A DNA stretch of 32,000 nt, from positions 750,001 to 782,000 of the forward strand of contig NC_017448.1 of the NCBI RefSeq assembly GCF_000146505.1, written 5' to 3'. Positions 15,582-23,458 of the stretch are shown here, piece after piece (the stretch's first letter is position 1; each line of letters starts with the position of its first letter). Below the pieces are notes generated by a model, which saw only the letters and a list, made by a program, of their open reading frames with translations, was not told the DNA's origin and made no database searches. The stretch is from Fibrobacter succinogenes subsp. succinogenes S85. Its GTDB lineage: Bacteria; Fibrobacterota; Fibrobacteria; Fibrobacterales; Fibrobacteraceae. Both the position numbers and the translations under genes were made by a program.

Positions 15582-16319
15582 ATGTCTAATTCATTACTTT
15601 TTGGAAAATTCGCTGCAGTCCTCCCCGCGGGCGGACTCGGCAAACGCATGGGTGGAACAATCCCCAAGCAATTGATGAATCTTGGCAACAAGCCAGTTTA
15701 CCAATATAGCCTTGAAACGTTCCTCAACATGGATGAAATTGCAGAAGTCGTTATTGCCGTCCCAGCCGATTGGAAAGACTACTTTGAAAAAGATATTTTT
15801 AGCCGTTTGAGTCCCGCATTTGGAACCGGATACGGGAATAATTTAAACAAACTAAGAATTGTCGTTGGCGGGAAAGAACGCTGGCAGTCCGTGCAAAACG
15901 GAGTGAACTCGCTCACTAGCGGCGCTGAATACGTGCTCGTCCACGATGTAGCACGCCCGTTCATCAGCGAAAAGATTATCCGCGACATTTGCGAAACGCT
16001 CGTCAACAAAGGGAGTTGCCTCGTTGCAAAACCTGCGATTGACACCATCAAGATAGCAAGCGATGGCCGCGTCGAAAGCACAATCGACCGCAATAAGGTC
16101 TGGCTCGCACAGACTCCACAGGCAGCCCGCATTGACTTGCTCAAGAGCCTTTATGCACGCATTGAAAAGGAACCGCTCAACTTCACACCGACCGATGAAG
16201 CAAGCATCCTCGAATTCTTTGGCGAGCCCGTCTATATCGTGAAAGGCGAATCCGCAAACGACAAGCTTACCACTCCCGAAGATTTCGAGATTTTCGCAAG
16301 CCGGGCCAACATGCTTTAA
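15582..16319 (+). CDS. ispD: 2-C-methyl-D-erythritol 4-phosphate cytidylyltransferase (MEP pathway), monofunctional
   Basis: AAVLPAGGLGKRMG...PKQ (nucleotide-binding loop) and VLVHDVARPF are present. Length is 245 aa. Confidence 0.92.
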   Translation: MSNSLLFGKFAAVLPAGGLGKRMGGTIPKQLMNLGNKPVYQYSLETFLNMDEIAEVVIAVPADWKDYFEKDIFSRLSPAFGTGYGNNLNKLRIVVGGKERWQSVQNGVNSLTSGAEYVLVHDVARPFISEKIIRDICETLVNKGSCLVAKPAIDTIKIASDGRVESTIDRNKVWLAQTPQAARIDLLKSLYARIEKEPLNFTPTDEASILEFFGEPVYIVKGESANDKLTTPEDFEIFASRANML

Positions 16320-16345
16320 CAGCAGCAAAACCTTACGAGGAGAAA

Positions 16346-16828
16346 ATGAAATACCTAAAGCTACTTGGAATTCTAAGCGCATGTGTTCTCATGACATCTT
16401 GCGCGCAATCCCTTTCCGTATCTAAAAAAGAAACGTTCGAACAAAAATCGGGCATCATCGGAGTATTCCGCCAGCCAGTCGGATTCTGCAGCGGCGGCTA
16501 CCAACAGCAAATCAAACTTGGCGGTGAAAAAATCATCGTCAAACCGACATGGACTAGCGAACAGGACAATCTCTTTTCGGCATACATCCAGCCAGGAAAC
16601 GCTGATTTAGAATCTTACAGGTACTCTTGCGGATTCACAGAAACAACCTTAAAACCGATAGAAAAACACGGAGTGGTTATCCCACAAAACGGTTTCTGCA
16701 AAATCGTCATATCCTTCCTCAATAATGACGAGCTTTTCTCGAAAAACGAAGTATTGCTATTCAACCATTTCAAGAAAGAAGAAGTAGCAAAAGACTTCGA
16801 AGAAATCCCCTACTGCGAAACATATTAA
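16346..16828 (+). CDS. Hypothetical lipoprotein
   Basis: Signal peptide plus lipobox MKYLKLLGILSACVLMTSC. RBS GAGGAG. It starts 26 nt after ispD and is probably co-transcribed. I recognise no family. Confidence 0.65.
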   Translation: MKYLKLLGILSACVLMTSCAQSLSVSKKETFEQKSGIIGVFRQPVGFCSGGYQQQIKLGGEKIIVKPTWTSEQDNLFSAYIQPGNADLESYRYSCGFTETTLKPIEKHGVVIPQNGFCKIVISFLNNDELFSKNEVLLFNHFKKEEVAKDFEEIPYCETY

Positions 16829-16955
16829 TCCGTTTATTGGCCTAATATTTTCTACATTTACGCCGAAAATTTAAGCAGGCACGAAATTCGCACACCCCCG
16901 CGACACCAGCCGCAAGGACAAAAACTGCAAGTTTCGAGCCACAAAGGGTATTAAA

Positions 16956-19391
16956 ATGAAAGTTTCTTTGAATTGGCTTAGACGTCACGTTGACCTTCCG
17001 GAATCTGCGGAAGATGTCGCAAAGGCGCTCACCTCCATCGGTCTCGAAGTTGAAGGCATGGAAGAACCGGGCAAGGTCTATGACAAGTTGCTCGTTGCAA
17101 AGGTTCTCACTTGCGATCCGCACCCGGATAGCGATCACTTGCACATCACTACCGTGAACGACGGCACGAACACCATCCAGGTTGTTTGCGGAGCCCCGAA
17201 CGTTGCTGCAGGCCAGACGGTTGTGCTCGCCCCGATTGGCGCTGAACTCCCGCTCCCCGACGGCACCAAGCTCAAGATGAAGAAATCCAAGATTCGCGGC
17301 GTCGAAAGCTTCGGCATGATTTGCGCCGAAGACGAAATCGGCCTTTCTGACGACCACGGTGGAATCATGGTTCTCGACGATTCCATCCCGGCAGGTACGC
17401 CGTTCGTAAGCCTCGGCATGTACGACGTCTGCTTCGAACTGAACGTCACACCAAACCGCCCAGACGCTCTTAGCCACCGCGGTGTCGCACGCGAACTCGC
17501 TGCCAAGTTTAACCGCCCGCTCAAGCCGCTCGCTTACAACTTCAAGGAAGATTCCGAAGCAGCCAGTTCCGCTATCAGCCTCGAAGTCGTTCCGGGCTGC
17601 GGCTGCTCCCGCTACGTGGGCCGCGTCATCAAGGACGTGAAGGTTGAAAAGTCTCCGGCATGGCTTGCAAAGCTCTTGCACGCTGTCGGCATGAACAGCA
17701 TCAACAACGTCGTCGATATCACGAACTTCATCTTGATGGACGTCGGTCAGCCGCTCCACAGCTTTGACATGGACCAGCTCCACGGCAACAAGATCAAGGT
17801 CCGCCGCGCCGTCAAGGGCGAGCATATTGAAACGATCGACCACACCGCACACGAACTCATCGAAAACGACCTCGTGATCTGCGACGGTGACCGTCCCGCT
17901 TGCGTCGCTGGCGTGATGGGCGGTGTCGAATCCGAAATCGTTGATGCCACGAAGAACGTGTTCCTCGAAAGCGCCTGGTTCAACCCGACCGTTATCCGCA
18001 AGCAGGCCAAGCGCCTCTGCATTTCTACGGACTCCAGCTACCGCTTCGAACGCGAAATTGACTTCGCCACGCAGGACGAATACAGCAAGTACGCTTGCGC
18101 CATGATCCAGGAAGTCGCTGGTGGCCGCATCCTCAAGGGTTCCGTCGAATACACCGGCGAAGACCACAAGAAGGAAAACAACCAGGTCACGCTCCGCGTC
18201 GCTCGCGCCGCCAAGGTCATCGGCATGGAAGTCTCCGCCGAACAGATTGAAAAGTTCCTCACGGGTATCGCTCTCGAAGTCGTGAAGAAAGACGCCGAAT
18301 CTCTCACGTTCAAGATCCCGAGCTTCCGCCCGGACCTCGAACGCGAAGTCGACCTCATCGAAGAAATCGCTCGCCTCATCGGCTTTGACAACATTCCGTA
18401 CAGCTTGCCGAAGTTCACGATGCAGCCGAACGAACTCCCGGCTATCGAAGTCTTGAACCGCAAGATTCGCAAGACGCTTTCAGCCATGGGCCTCCACGAA
18501 TGCTTGAGCCTCCGCTTTACAAGCAAGGCCCGCACCGAAGCCCTCTTTGGCCCAGAAAGTGACGACCGTCGCAGCAAGCCGGCTCTCCTTTTGAACCCTC
18601 TCAGTGAAGAACTCGGTGCAGTGCCGACAAGCCTCCTCCCGAACTTGCTCAAGGCCGTTGCCGAAAACGAAAAGAACCGTCCGGGTTCTGTTCGTCTGTT
18701 CGAAGTTGCCAAGGGACAGTTCAAGCGCGACCGCAAGGACGAACGCGATACGGGCTTTGACGAATCCAACCTCGTTGCCCTCACCATCGCCGGTAACTTT
18801 GACGTGGACCCGCTCAACGACAAGCCGAAGCAGATTGACTTTGCCGCCTTCAAGGGCTTTGTCCAGAGCTTCTTCAAGCGTCTCGGCCTCGTCGTGGAAT
18901 TCCGCGCCGCCGCAAAGCCGGAACTCTTCCTCCACCCGGGCAAGCAGGCCGAAATCGTCTGCAACGGCACGGTACTTGGAACGATGGGCGAACTCCACCC
19001 GAACTGCCTCAAGGCTAACGAAATCAGCTACGAGACTTACGTGATGGAAGCGGACATGGACAAGATGGAACACGAAAGCCACAAGAAGATTGTGTTCCAG
19101 GCCTTCAGCCGCCAGGTGCCTTCAACCCGCGACATCTCTATCGAAGTTGCCAAGTCGATGACTCACGAAGACGTGCTCGCACGCATCAAGGCTCTCAACC
19201 CGAAGAACCTCGCCAAGATTACTCTCAAGAGCATCTACGAAGGTGAAAAGATTGAAGCAGGCAAGAAGAACATGGTTTACAGCCTCACCTACCAGGCTAT
19301 GGACCGCACGCTCACGGACGACGAAGTCAACAAGGCTCACAACAAGCTTCGCGACAAGCTCGTTCAAAACGGCGACATCGTGCTGAGATAA
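16956..19391 (+). CDS. pheT: Phenylalanine--tRNA ligase beta subunit
   Basis: MKVSLNWL...V, then a tRNA-binding (OB) domain (HPDSDHL....V..G......VCGAPN), B3/4, B5 and FDX-ACB C-terminal domains. Length is 811 aa. Confidence 0.97.
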   Translation: MKVSLNWLRRHVDLPESAEDVAKALTSIGLEVEGMEEPGKVYDKLLVAKVLTCDPHPDSDHLHITTVNDGTNTIQVVCGAPNVAAGQTVVLAPIGAELPLPDGTKLKMKKSKIRGVESFGMICAEDEIGLSDDHGGIMVLDDSIPAGTPFVSLGMYDVCFELNVTPNRPDALSHRGVARELAAKFNRPLKPLAYNFKEDSEAASSAISLEVVPGCGCSRYVGRVIKDVKVEKSPAWLAKLLHAVGMNSINNVVDITNFILMDVGQPLHSFDMDQLHGNKIKVRRAVKGEHIETIDHTAHELIENDLVICDGDRPACVAGVMGGVESEIVDATKNVFLESAWFNPTVIRKQAKRLCISTDSSYRFEREIDFATQDEYSKYACAMIQEVAGGRILKGSVEYTGEDHKKENNQVTLRVARAAKVIGMEVSAEQIEKFLTGIALEVVKKDAESLTFKIPSFRPDLEREVDLIEEIARLIGFDNIPYSLPKFTMQPNELPAIEVLNRKIRKTLSAMGLHECLSLRFTSKARTEALFGPESDDRRSKPALLLNPLSEELGAVPTSLLPNLLKAVAENEKNRPGSVRLFEVAKGQFKRDRKDERDTGFDESNLVALTIAGNFDVDPLNDKPKQIDFAAFKGFVQSFFKRLGLVVEFRAAAKPELFLHPGKQAEIVCNGTVLGTMGELHPNCLKANEISYETYVMEADMDKMEHESHKKIVFQAFSRQVPSTRDISIEVAKSMTHEDVLARIKALNPKNLAKITLKSIYEGEKIEAGKKNMVYSLTYQAMDRTLTDDEVNKAHNKLRDKLVQNGDIVLR

Positions 19392-19406
19392 GTGATTAGT
19401 AAGCAG
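19392..19406 (+). repeat. 15-nt motif GTGATTAGTAAGCAG (family GTGRTTARTAARCAG), left copy
   Basis: Immediately follows the pheT stop codon. It matches the motifs at 21101-21115 and 21115-21129 in 13 of 15 positions each. Confidence 0.6.
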
Positions 19407-19412
19407 TTTCAC

Positions 19413-19452
19413 AAAAAAAGAGTTGGTCACGCGACCAGCTCTTTTTGTTTTT
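19413..19452. terminator. Bidirectional rho-independent terminator between pheT and the convergent lipoprotein gene
   Basis: A7 run, GAGTTGGTC (19420-19428), loop ACGC, GACCAGCTC (19433-19441), then TTTTTGTTTTT. Confidence 0.8.
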
Positions 19453-19484
19453 AAAGTTTTTTGAGAAACTCAAGCTCTGCAGGA

Positions 19485-20141
19485 TTACTTTTTAATCGGC
19501 GTATTGTCCAACACAGAAGAAACGGTCTTTTGAACAACCTTCTGCCAATCGCTCAGCGATACAGCAAAAGTGTAACCTGATTTTGCTTCAAAGTCACCAT
19601 AGCCAAGTCTCTTTCCTGTTTTTGCATCATAGTAGGCATAATTGCCCTTGCCCGTGAAATCTTTGTCTTGGGTGCAAGTAGTCCCCATTCCCAAGCCACC
19701 ACCAGCGTTAAAGCCACCAGTTGTGCAAGTCGTTTCAGATTCTACACGGCCAATCCAAATGTCATTCACAACGAGATAGACATCAGCCTGACCATCCATT
19801 TCTTCGACCTTCGGAACCTTGATATTGACACCATTCACGGCAGCGGCTTCGAACTTGACCTTATCCATAGAAACCTTTTCTACAGAATAAAGAACGCCGT
19901 TTGTCTGGGAACCCAAATTAGTTTCTAACTGAGCCTTATACCAATCCGAAAAGTTATTCACATATTCCGGCAAATCATCTTGCAGGTCATCTGGATTTGC
20001 GATAAACGGCTCCGTAAAAACGACCTTTACCTTAGCAGGCTTTTGAGTCCAGCCCTGATCCATCACAGAACGCGGTGCAGCGCAGCCCACCAAAAGCGCA
20101 CACGCCGATGCTATAGCAAAAGCAAGTTTCATTTTTCTCAT
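19485..20141 (-). CDS. Hypothetical lipoprotein
   Basis: Signal peptide with a canonical lipobox: MRKMKLAFAIASACALLVGC. I recognise no family. Confidence 0.7.
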   Translation of the reverse strand: MRKMKLAFAIASACALLVGCAAPRSVMDQGWTQKPAKVKVVFTEPFIANPDDLQDDLPEYVNNFSDWYKAQLETNLGSQTNGVLYSVEKVSMDKVKFEAAAVNGVNIKVPKVEEMDGQADVYLVVNDIWIGRVESETTCTTGGFNAGGGLGMGTTCTQDKDFTGKGNYAYYDAKTGKRLGYGDFEAKSGYTFAVSLSDWQKVVQKTVSSVLDNTPIKK

Positions 20142-20272
20142 ACAAACTCCTTCTAAATTATTGAGAAATTATCTAAGATTTTTAGAATCTAGTAAAATAA
20201 TATAAGCTTATCCTAACCCGCAAGTCCGATTGACTATTTTACGTAATACACTTTTTATCAAGATAAACCGAG

Positions 20273-20608
20273 TTATTCACAAAGTATAGGAACATTACCA
20301 GCGGACAAAATCTTAGCTGCAATTGAGCCATAGCAAAGACCTTTCCCGACTTTAGACATAGCCTCATTAACACTCGCTCTATCTTCGGCACCAATCGCAA
20401 GCGATGGATTATGGAACCCTGCCGGAATTGTTTTCGCCTGTTCCGGAGTTTCATCGCGAAATTCATTTTCAACCGGTTTAAAAATCAAGTACCGTTCGTC
20501 AATTGTCGGAACGTTATCCGATTCAGTCGCGGGTTTTATAGCAAGTTGCGCTGCGCAAAGTACGCTACCAGCAAGCACCGCAATAGCAATAGACTTTAAT
20601 TGAACCAT
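20273..20608 (-). CDS. Hypothetical small secreted protein (111 aa)
   Basis: The start is moved to ATG 20606-20608, preceded by GGGGAGAG. Signal peptide MVQLKSIAIAVLAGSVLCAAQ. It begins 25 nt after the upstream gene. Confidence 0.55.
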   Translation of the reverse strand: MVQLKSIAIAVLAGSVLCAAQLAIKPATESDNVPTIDERYLIFKPVENEFRDETPEQAKTIPAGFHNPSLAIGAEDRASVNEAMSKVGKGLCYGSIAAKILSAGNVPILCE

Positions 20609-20633
20609 AAACACTCTCCCCTCAATCGCAAGC

Positions 20634-21017
20634 CTAGTTCAAACCAAGCTGTTCACGGACATTTTTGATAAATTCATACTCTTCGGGCGACATGTTGGTC
20701 TTGTTTTCATCTTCACGAGAAGCATTAGCGATGCGCGTCATGCAGTTCGTCACCTGAATTTTAAAATCGTTTGAAGCCGACTTGAGAGCCTTGACGCATG
20801 CTTTGGTTCGGTCACTTGCCGACTTGTAGCTTGCATAAAGGTTGTTGAAATCATCCCAACTGGCGTTCGGAGTCACTTCGTCATGAATCTTGTCAAGTTC
20901 AGCACTTTCCGCTTCCGTAGCCGAAGTCGCCCCCGGCAAAAGCTGTTCATTTTCGTGGTTATGCGAAAGGCAGGCCGTCTGCCAGCACAAAATCAAAAGC
21001 GCCATATCAAAATTCAT
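20634..21017 (-). CDS. Hypothetical small secreted protein or lipoprotein (127 aa, predicted helical)
   Basis: The start is moved to ATG 21015-21017, preceded by AGAGG. The N-terminus MNFDMALLILCWQTAC is signal-like with an atypical lipobox. Confidence 0.5.
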   Translation of the reverse strand: MNFDMALLILCWQTACLSHNHENEQLLPGATSATEAESAELDKIHDEVTPNASWDDFNNLYASYKSASDRTKACVKALKSASNDFKIQVTNCMTRIANASREDENKTNMSPEEYEFIKNVREQLGLN

Positions 21018-21100
21018 AAGTACCTCTGTTTGCATAGTCACCCGTTTAAAAACCGGCATGACAAATTTTAGTCATTAACGTTTTAAAGATACGAAAAAAA

Positions 21101-21129
21101 GTGATTAATAAACAGTGGTTAGTAAACAG
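21101..21129 (+). repeat. Two overlapping tandem copies of the 15-nt motif (GTGATTAATAAACAG, GTGGTTAGTAAACAG), right copies
   Basis: Read directly. The core GTGGTTAG recurs inverted as CTAACCAC at 21161-21168 and 21175-21182. Confidence 0.6.
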
Positions 21130-21199
21130 GAATTGCAAAGAGATCGTTTTTATTGCAACCCTAACCACCAACCACTAACCACTTTACTATACTTTAGTC

Positions 21200-22927
21200 A
21201 TGGCATACATCGCAATGGCGCGTAAGTGGCGCCCGCAATCATTCAGCGATATGGTCGGTCAGGAACATATCGCAAAGACTCTCGAGAACGCCATTCAGGG
21301 CGGTCGTCTCCATCATGCATTCCTTTTTACCGGCACCCGTGGTGTGGGCAAGACTACTAGCGCCCGCATCCTCGCCCGCACGCTCAACTGCAAGGGCTCT
21401 GACCCGCTGCACCCGTGTGGCGAGTGCGACAGCTGCAAGGATATCGCCGGTGGAAACCCGATGGACGTCTATGAAATAGATGCGGCATCCAACACCAGCG
21501 TCGACAACATCCGCGATGTGATTGAACGTGTGCAGTACCCGCCCGTCATCGGCAAGTACAAGATCTTCATCATTGACGAAGTCCACATGCTCTCGACAGG
21601 CGCCTTCAACGCTCTCCTCAAGACGCTCGAAGAACCGCCCGCCCACGTGATTTTCATCTTTGCGACGACCGAAGTCAACAAGGTCCCGCAGACTATTCTT
21701 AGCCGCGTGCAGCGCTTTGACTTTAAGCGCCTCACCGTAGACCAGATCCGCAGCCGCCTCCGCTACATCTGCGAGCAGGAAGGCATCAAGGCAACCGACG
21801 AAGCCCTCGACATCTTTGCCGAAAAGGCCGACGGTTCCATGCGTGACGGTCTCACCTACTTTGACCAGGCATACGCCTTTACCGGGAACGAAATGACCGC
21901 GGAATCCGTCCGCTCCGTCCTTGGCATCCCGCCTGTAGAACTTTTCTTCTCGCTCATCCAGTCCATCGAAAACCACGACATCAAGGGTTGCTTCCGCATG
22001 GTGGATGACGCTGTGAAAATCGGTATCGAGTTCATCCCGCTGCTCGACGGCTTCGGCAAGTTCCTCCGCAATTTGCTCTACGCCCGCCTCGACGCCTTCA
22101 CGCCGGACGCACTCAACATCACCGAAGAGCTCTACACCAAGTACAAGAGCTGCGCACAAAGTCTTACGAACGGCGACATCCTCCGCATAAGCAAGATGCT
22201 TATCGACTTGCAGGGTACGCTCCGCTACAGCACAAACCCGCGCCTCCTCGTCGAGACGACGTTCGCCCGAATGGCTTGGCTCGACCGACTGGTTGACTTG
22301 CGAAAAGCTCTTGCAGCGATTAACGATCCTAAAAGCGCCGAAAACGACGCGGTAAAAAAAAAAGTAACTGAAGTCAGCGCCATGATAGACGCCCAGGAAG
22401 AAGTCCAGGCGTCTTATGATGACCCATTTGCAGGCTACGATCAGGGTGGCGTTCAGGCTTTTTCGCGCTACGAGATTTCTGCCGCTTGGCCTTCCATTCT
22501 CTCCAACATCGCAAATGACGGCGACTACGTATTCTCCGCCGCCATTGCAGGCACAACGCTAGAAACAGGCGACCCCGAGCAGAATCCATTCCCGATTGCG
22601 CTCACCTACGCAGGCTCGACCGAGAATGCTGAAAACTGGGGCTACCGCCAAATGACGGAGCATCCCGAATACGTTGAACGCGTCACGAGAATTTTGGAAG
22701 ACCGCCTGCAGACGAAAATTGCGCTTTCCATCCGCACACGCGCCTTCACCGAGAGCGAACTTGCCGAACAGCGCGCCGCCAAGATGAGCCCGTATGAACT
22801 TGACCTGGAAAAGGAACCGGGACTTTCAAAGCTCCAGCAGATGTTTGCGACGGAACTCGTTTTCACCAAGAAGCTCAAGAAAGCGGCCTTGGTCGCGCAA
22901 ACTGACGAAGAGGATTGCGAAGCGTAA
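21200..22927 (+). CDS. dnaX: DNA polymerase III subunits gamma/tau
   Basis: RKWRPQ.F.D.VGQEH; HAFLF.G.RGVGKTT (Walker A); Zn module C..C.SC; IDEVHMLS; SRVQRF.F. Followed by ybaB, as in many bacteria. Confidence 0.95.
   Translation: MAYIAMARKWRPQSFSDMVGQEHIAKTLENAIQGGRLHHAFLFTGTRGVGKTTSARILARTLNCKGSDPLHPCGECDSCKDIAGGNPMDVYEIDAASNTSVDNIRDVIERVQYPPVIGKYKIFIIDEVHMLSTGAFNALLKTLEEPPAHVIFIFATTEVNKVPQTILSRVQRFDFKRLTVDQIRSRLRYICEQEGIKATDEALDIFAEKADGSMRDGLTYFDQAYAFTGNEMTAESVRSVLGIPPVELFFSLIQSIENHDIKGCFRMVDDAVKIGIEFIPLLDGFGKFLRNLLYARLDAFTPDALNITEELYTKYKSCAQSLTNGDILRISKMLIDLQGTLRYSTNPRLLVETTFARMAWLDRLVDLRKALAAINDPKSAENDAVKKKVTEVSAMIDAQEEVQASYDDPFAGYDQGGVQAFSRYEISAAWPSILSNIANDGDYVFSAAIAGTTLETGDPEQNPFPIALTYAGSTENAENWGYRQMTEHPEYVERVTRILEDRLQTKIALSIRTRAFTESELAEQRAAKMSPYELDLEKEPGLSKLQQMFATELVFTKKLKKAALVAQTDEEDCEA
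22354..22363 (+). other. A10 homopolymer (GTA AAA AAA AAA GTA) inside dnaX; candidate slippage or frameshift site
   Basis: The run covers codons 386-388. The -1 frame reads AGT AAC TGA and the +1 frame reads AAG TAA immediately after the run. Confidence 0.45.
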
Positions 22928-23005
22928 TTTTTCAAAAAAAATTCTATAATTACAAAACAGAAGACGATTAAACCTTTAATACACTCAAAAAGCGAGGATA
23001 TATTC

Positions 23006-23314
23006 ATGGACATGAGCAAGATGCTTAAGGACCTTCAGAAAATGCAGAGCAAGATGCTTAAGGCACAAAACGACCTCAAGGCACAGAGCTTTGACGCCGA
23101 AGCCGGTGGCGGAATGGTGAAGGTCGCCATGAACGGAAAGGGCGTACTCACGATGGTGAAGATCAATCCGGATGCCGTCGACAAGGACGATGTCGAAGCT
23201 CTCGAAGACCTCATCATGGCTGCAGTAAACTCCGCTGTCAAGAAGAAAGACGACGCCCAGCAGGCAAGCATTTCGGACATTACCGGCGGCATGAAAATCC
23301 CCGGTTTGATGTAA
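23006..23314 (+). CDS. ybaB: Nucleoid-associated protein YbaB/EbfC
   Basis: Matches the family profile: MLK..QKMQ.KM...Q..L......AEAGGGMVKV.MNGK......KI.P......D.E.LEDLI..A.N.A. Length is 102 aa. Confidence 0.92.
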   Translation: MDMSKMLKDLQKMQSKMLKAQNDLKAQSFDAEAGGGMVKVAMNGKGVLTMVKINPDAVDKDDVEALEDLIMAAVNSAVKKKDDAQQASISDITGGMKIPGLM

Positions 23315-23390
23315 TTTTCGCCAAATTTCGCAAAAATTCGCAAATTCGGATGCACTTCATCCCCGATATTTGCGCTTCATCAAAAACAGA

Positions 23391-23425
23391 AAAAAGCACC
23401 CTTATGAAAAGGGCGCTTTTTTTTT
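23391..23425 (+). terminator. Rho-independent terminator after ybaB
   Basis: GCACCCTT (23396-23403), loop ATGAA, AAGGGCGC (23409-23416) with one A-C mismatch, followed by T9. Confidence 0.6.
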
Positions 23426-23458
23426 ACATTTGGCGAGCTTAATATATTAGGAGAACGA

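Noticed and set aside
16829-16955. pheT without an upstream pheS, and dnaX-ybaB without recR, as possible rearrangements
   Set aside because: Split pheS/pheT and missing recR linkage occur in many lineages. The sequence shows nothing pointing to a recent disruption, such as remnants or repeats at the junctions.
16842-18167. 441-aa ORF on the minus strand (plus 18038-19012 and 18480-19082)
   Set aside because: These are antisense to pheT, which is unambiguous. The products are D/V/A/F/G-rich shadow translations.
21060-21199. SRP (4.5S) RNA gene, which often lies directly upstream of dnaX
   Set aside because: The region is AT-rich. It lacks the GGAA tetraloop and the conserved AGCA/GGAAGCAGC domain IV motifs, and it has no GC-rich extended helix.
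21239-22159. 306-aa minus-strand ORF (and similar ones at 4512-5222, 10267-10986, 27582-28466, 29688-30284)
   Set aside because: These are antisense to dnaX, pdxS, the pseudouridine synthase, the RND pump and the ATPase respectively. All are shadow ORFs.
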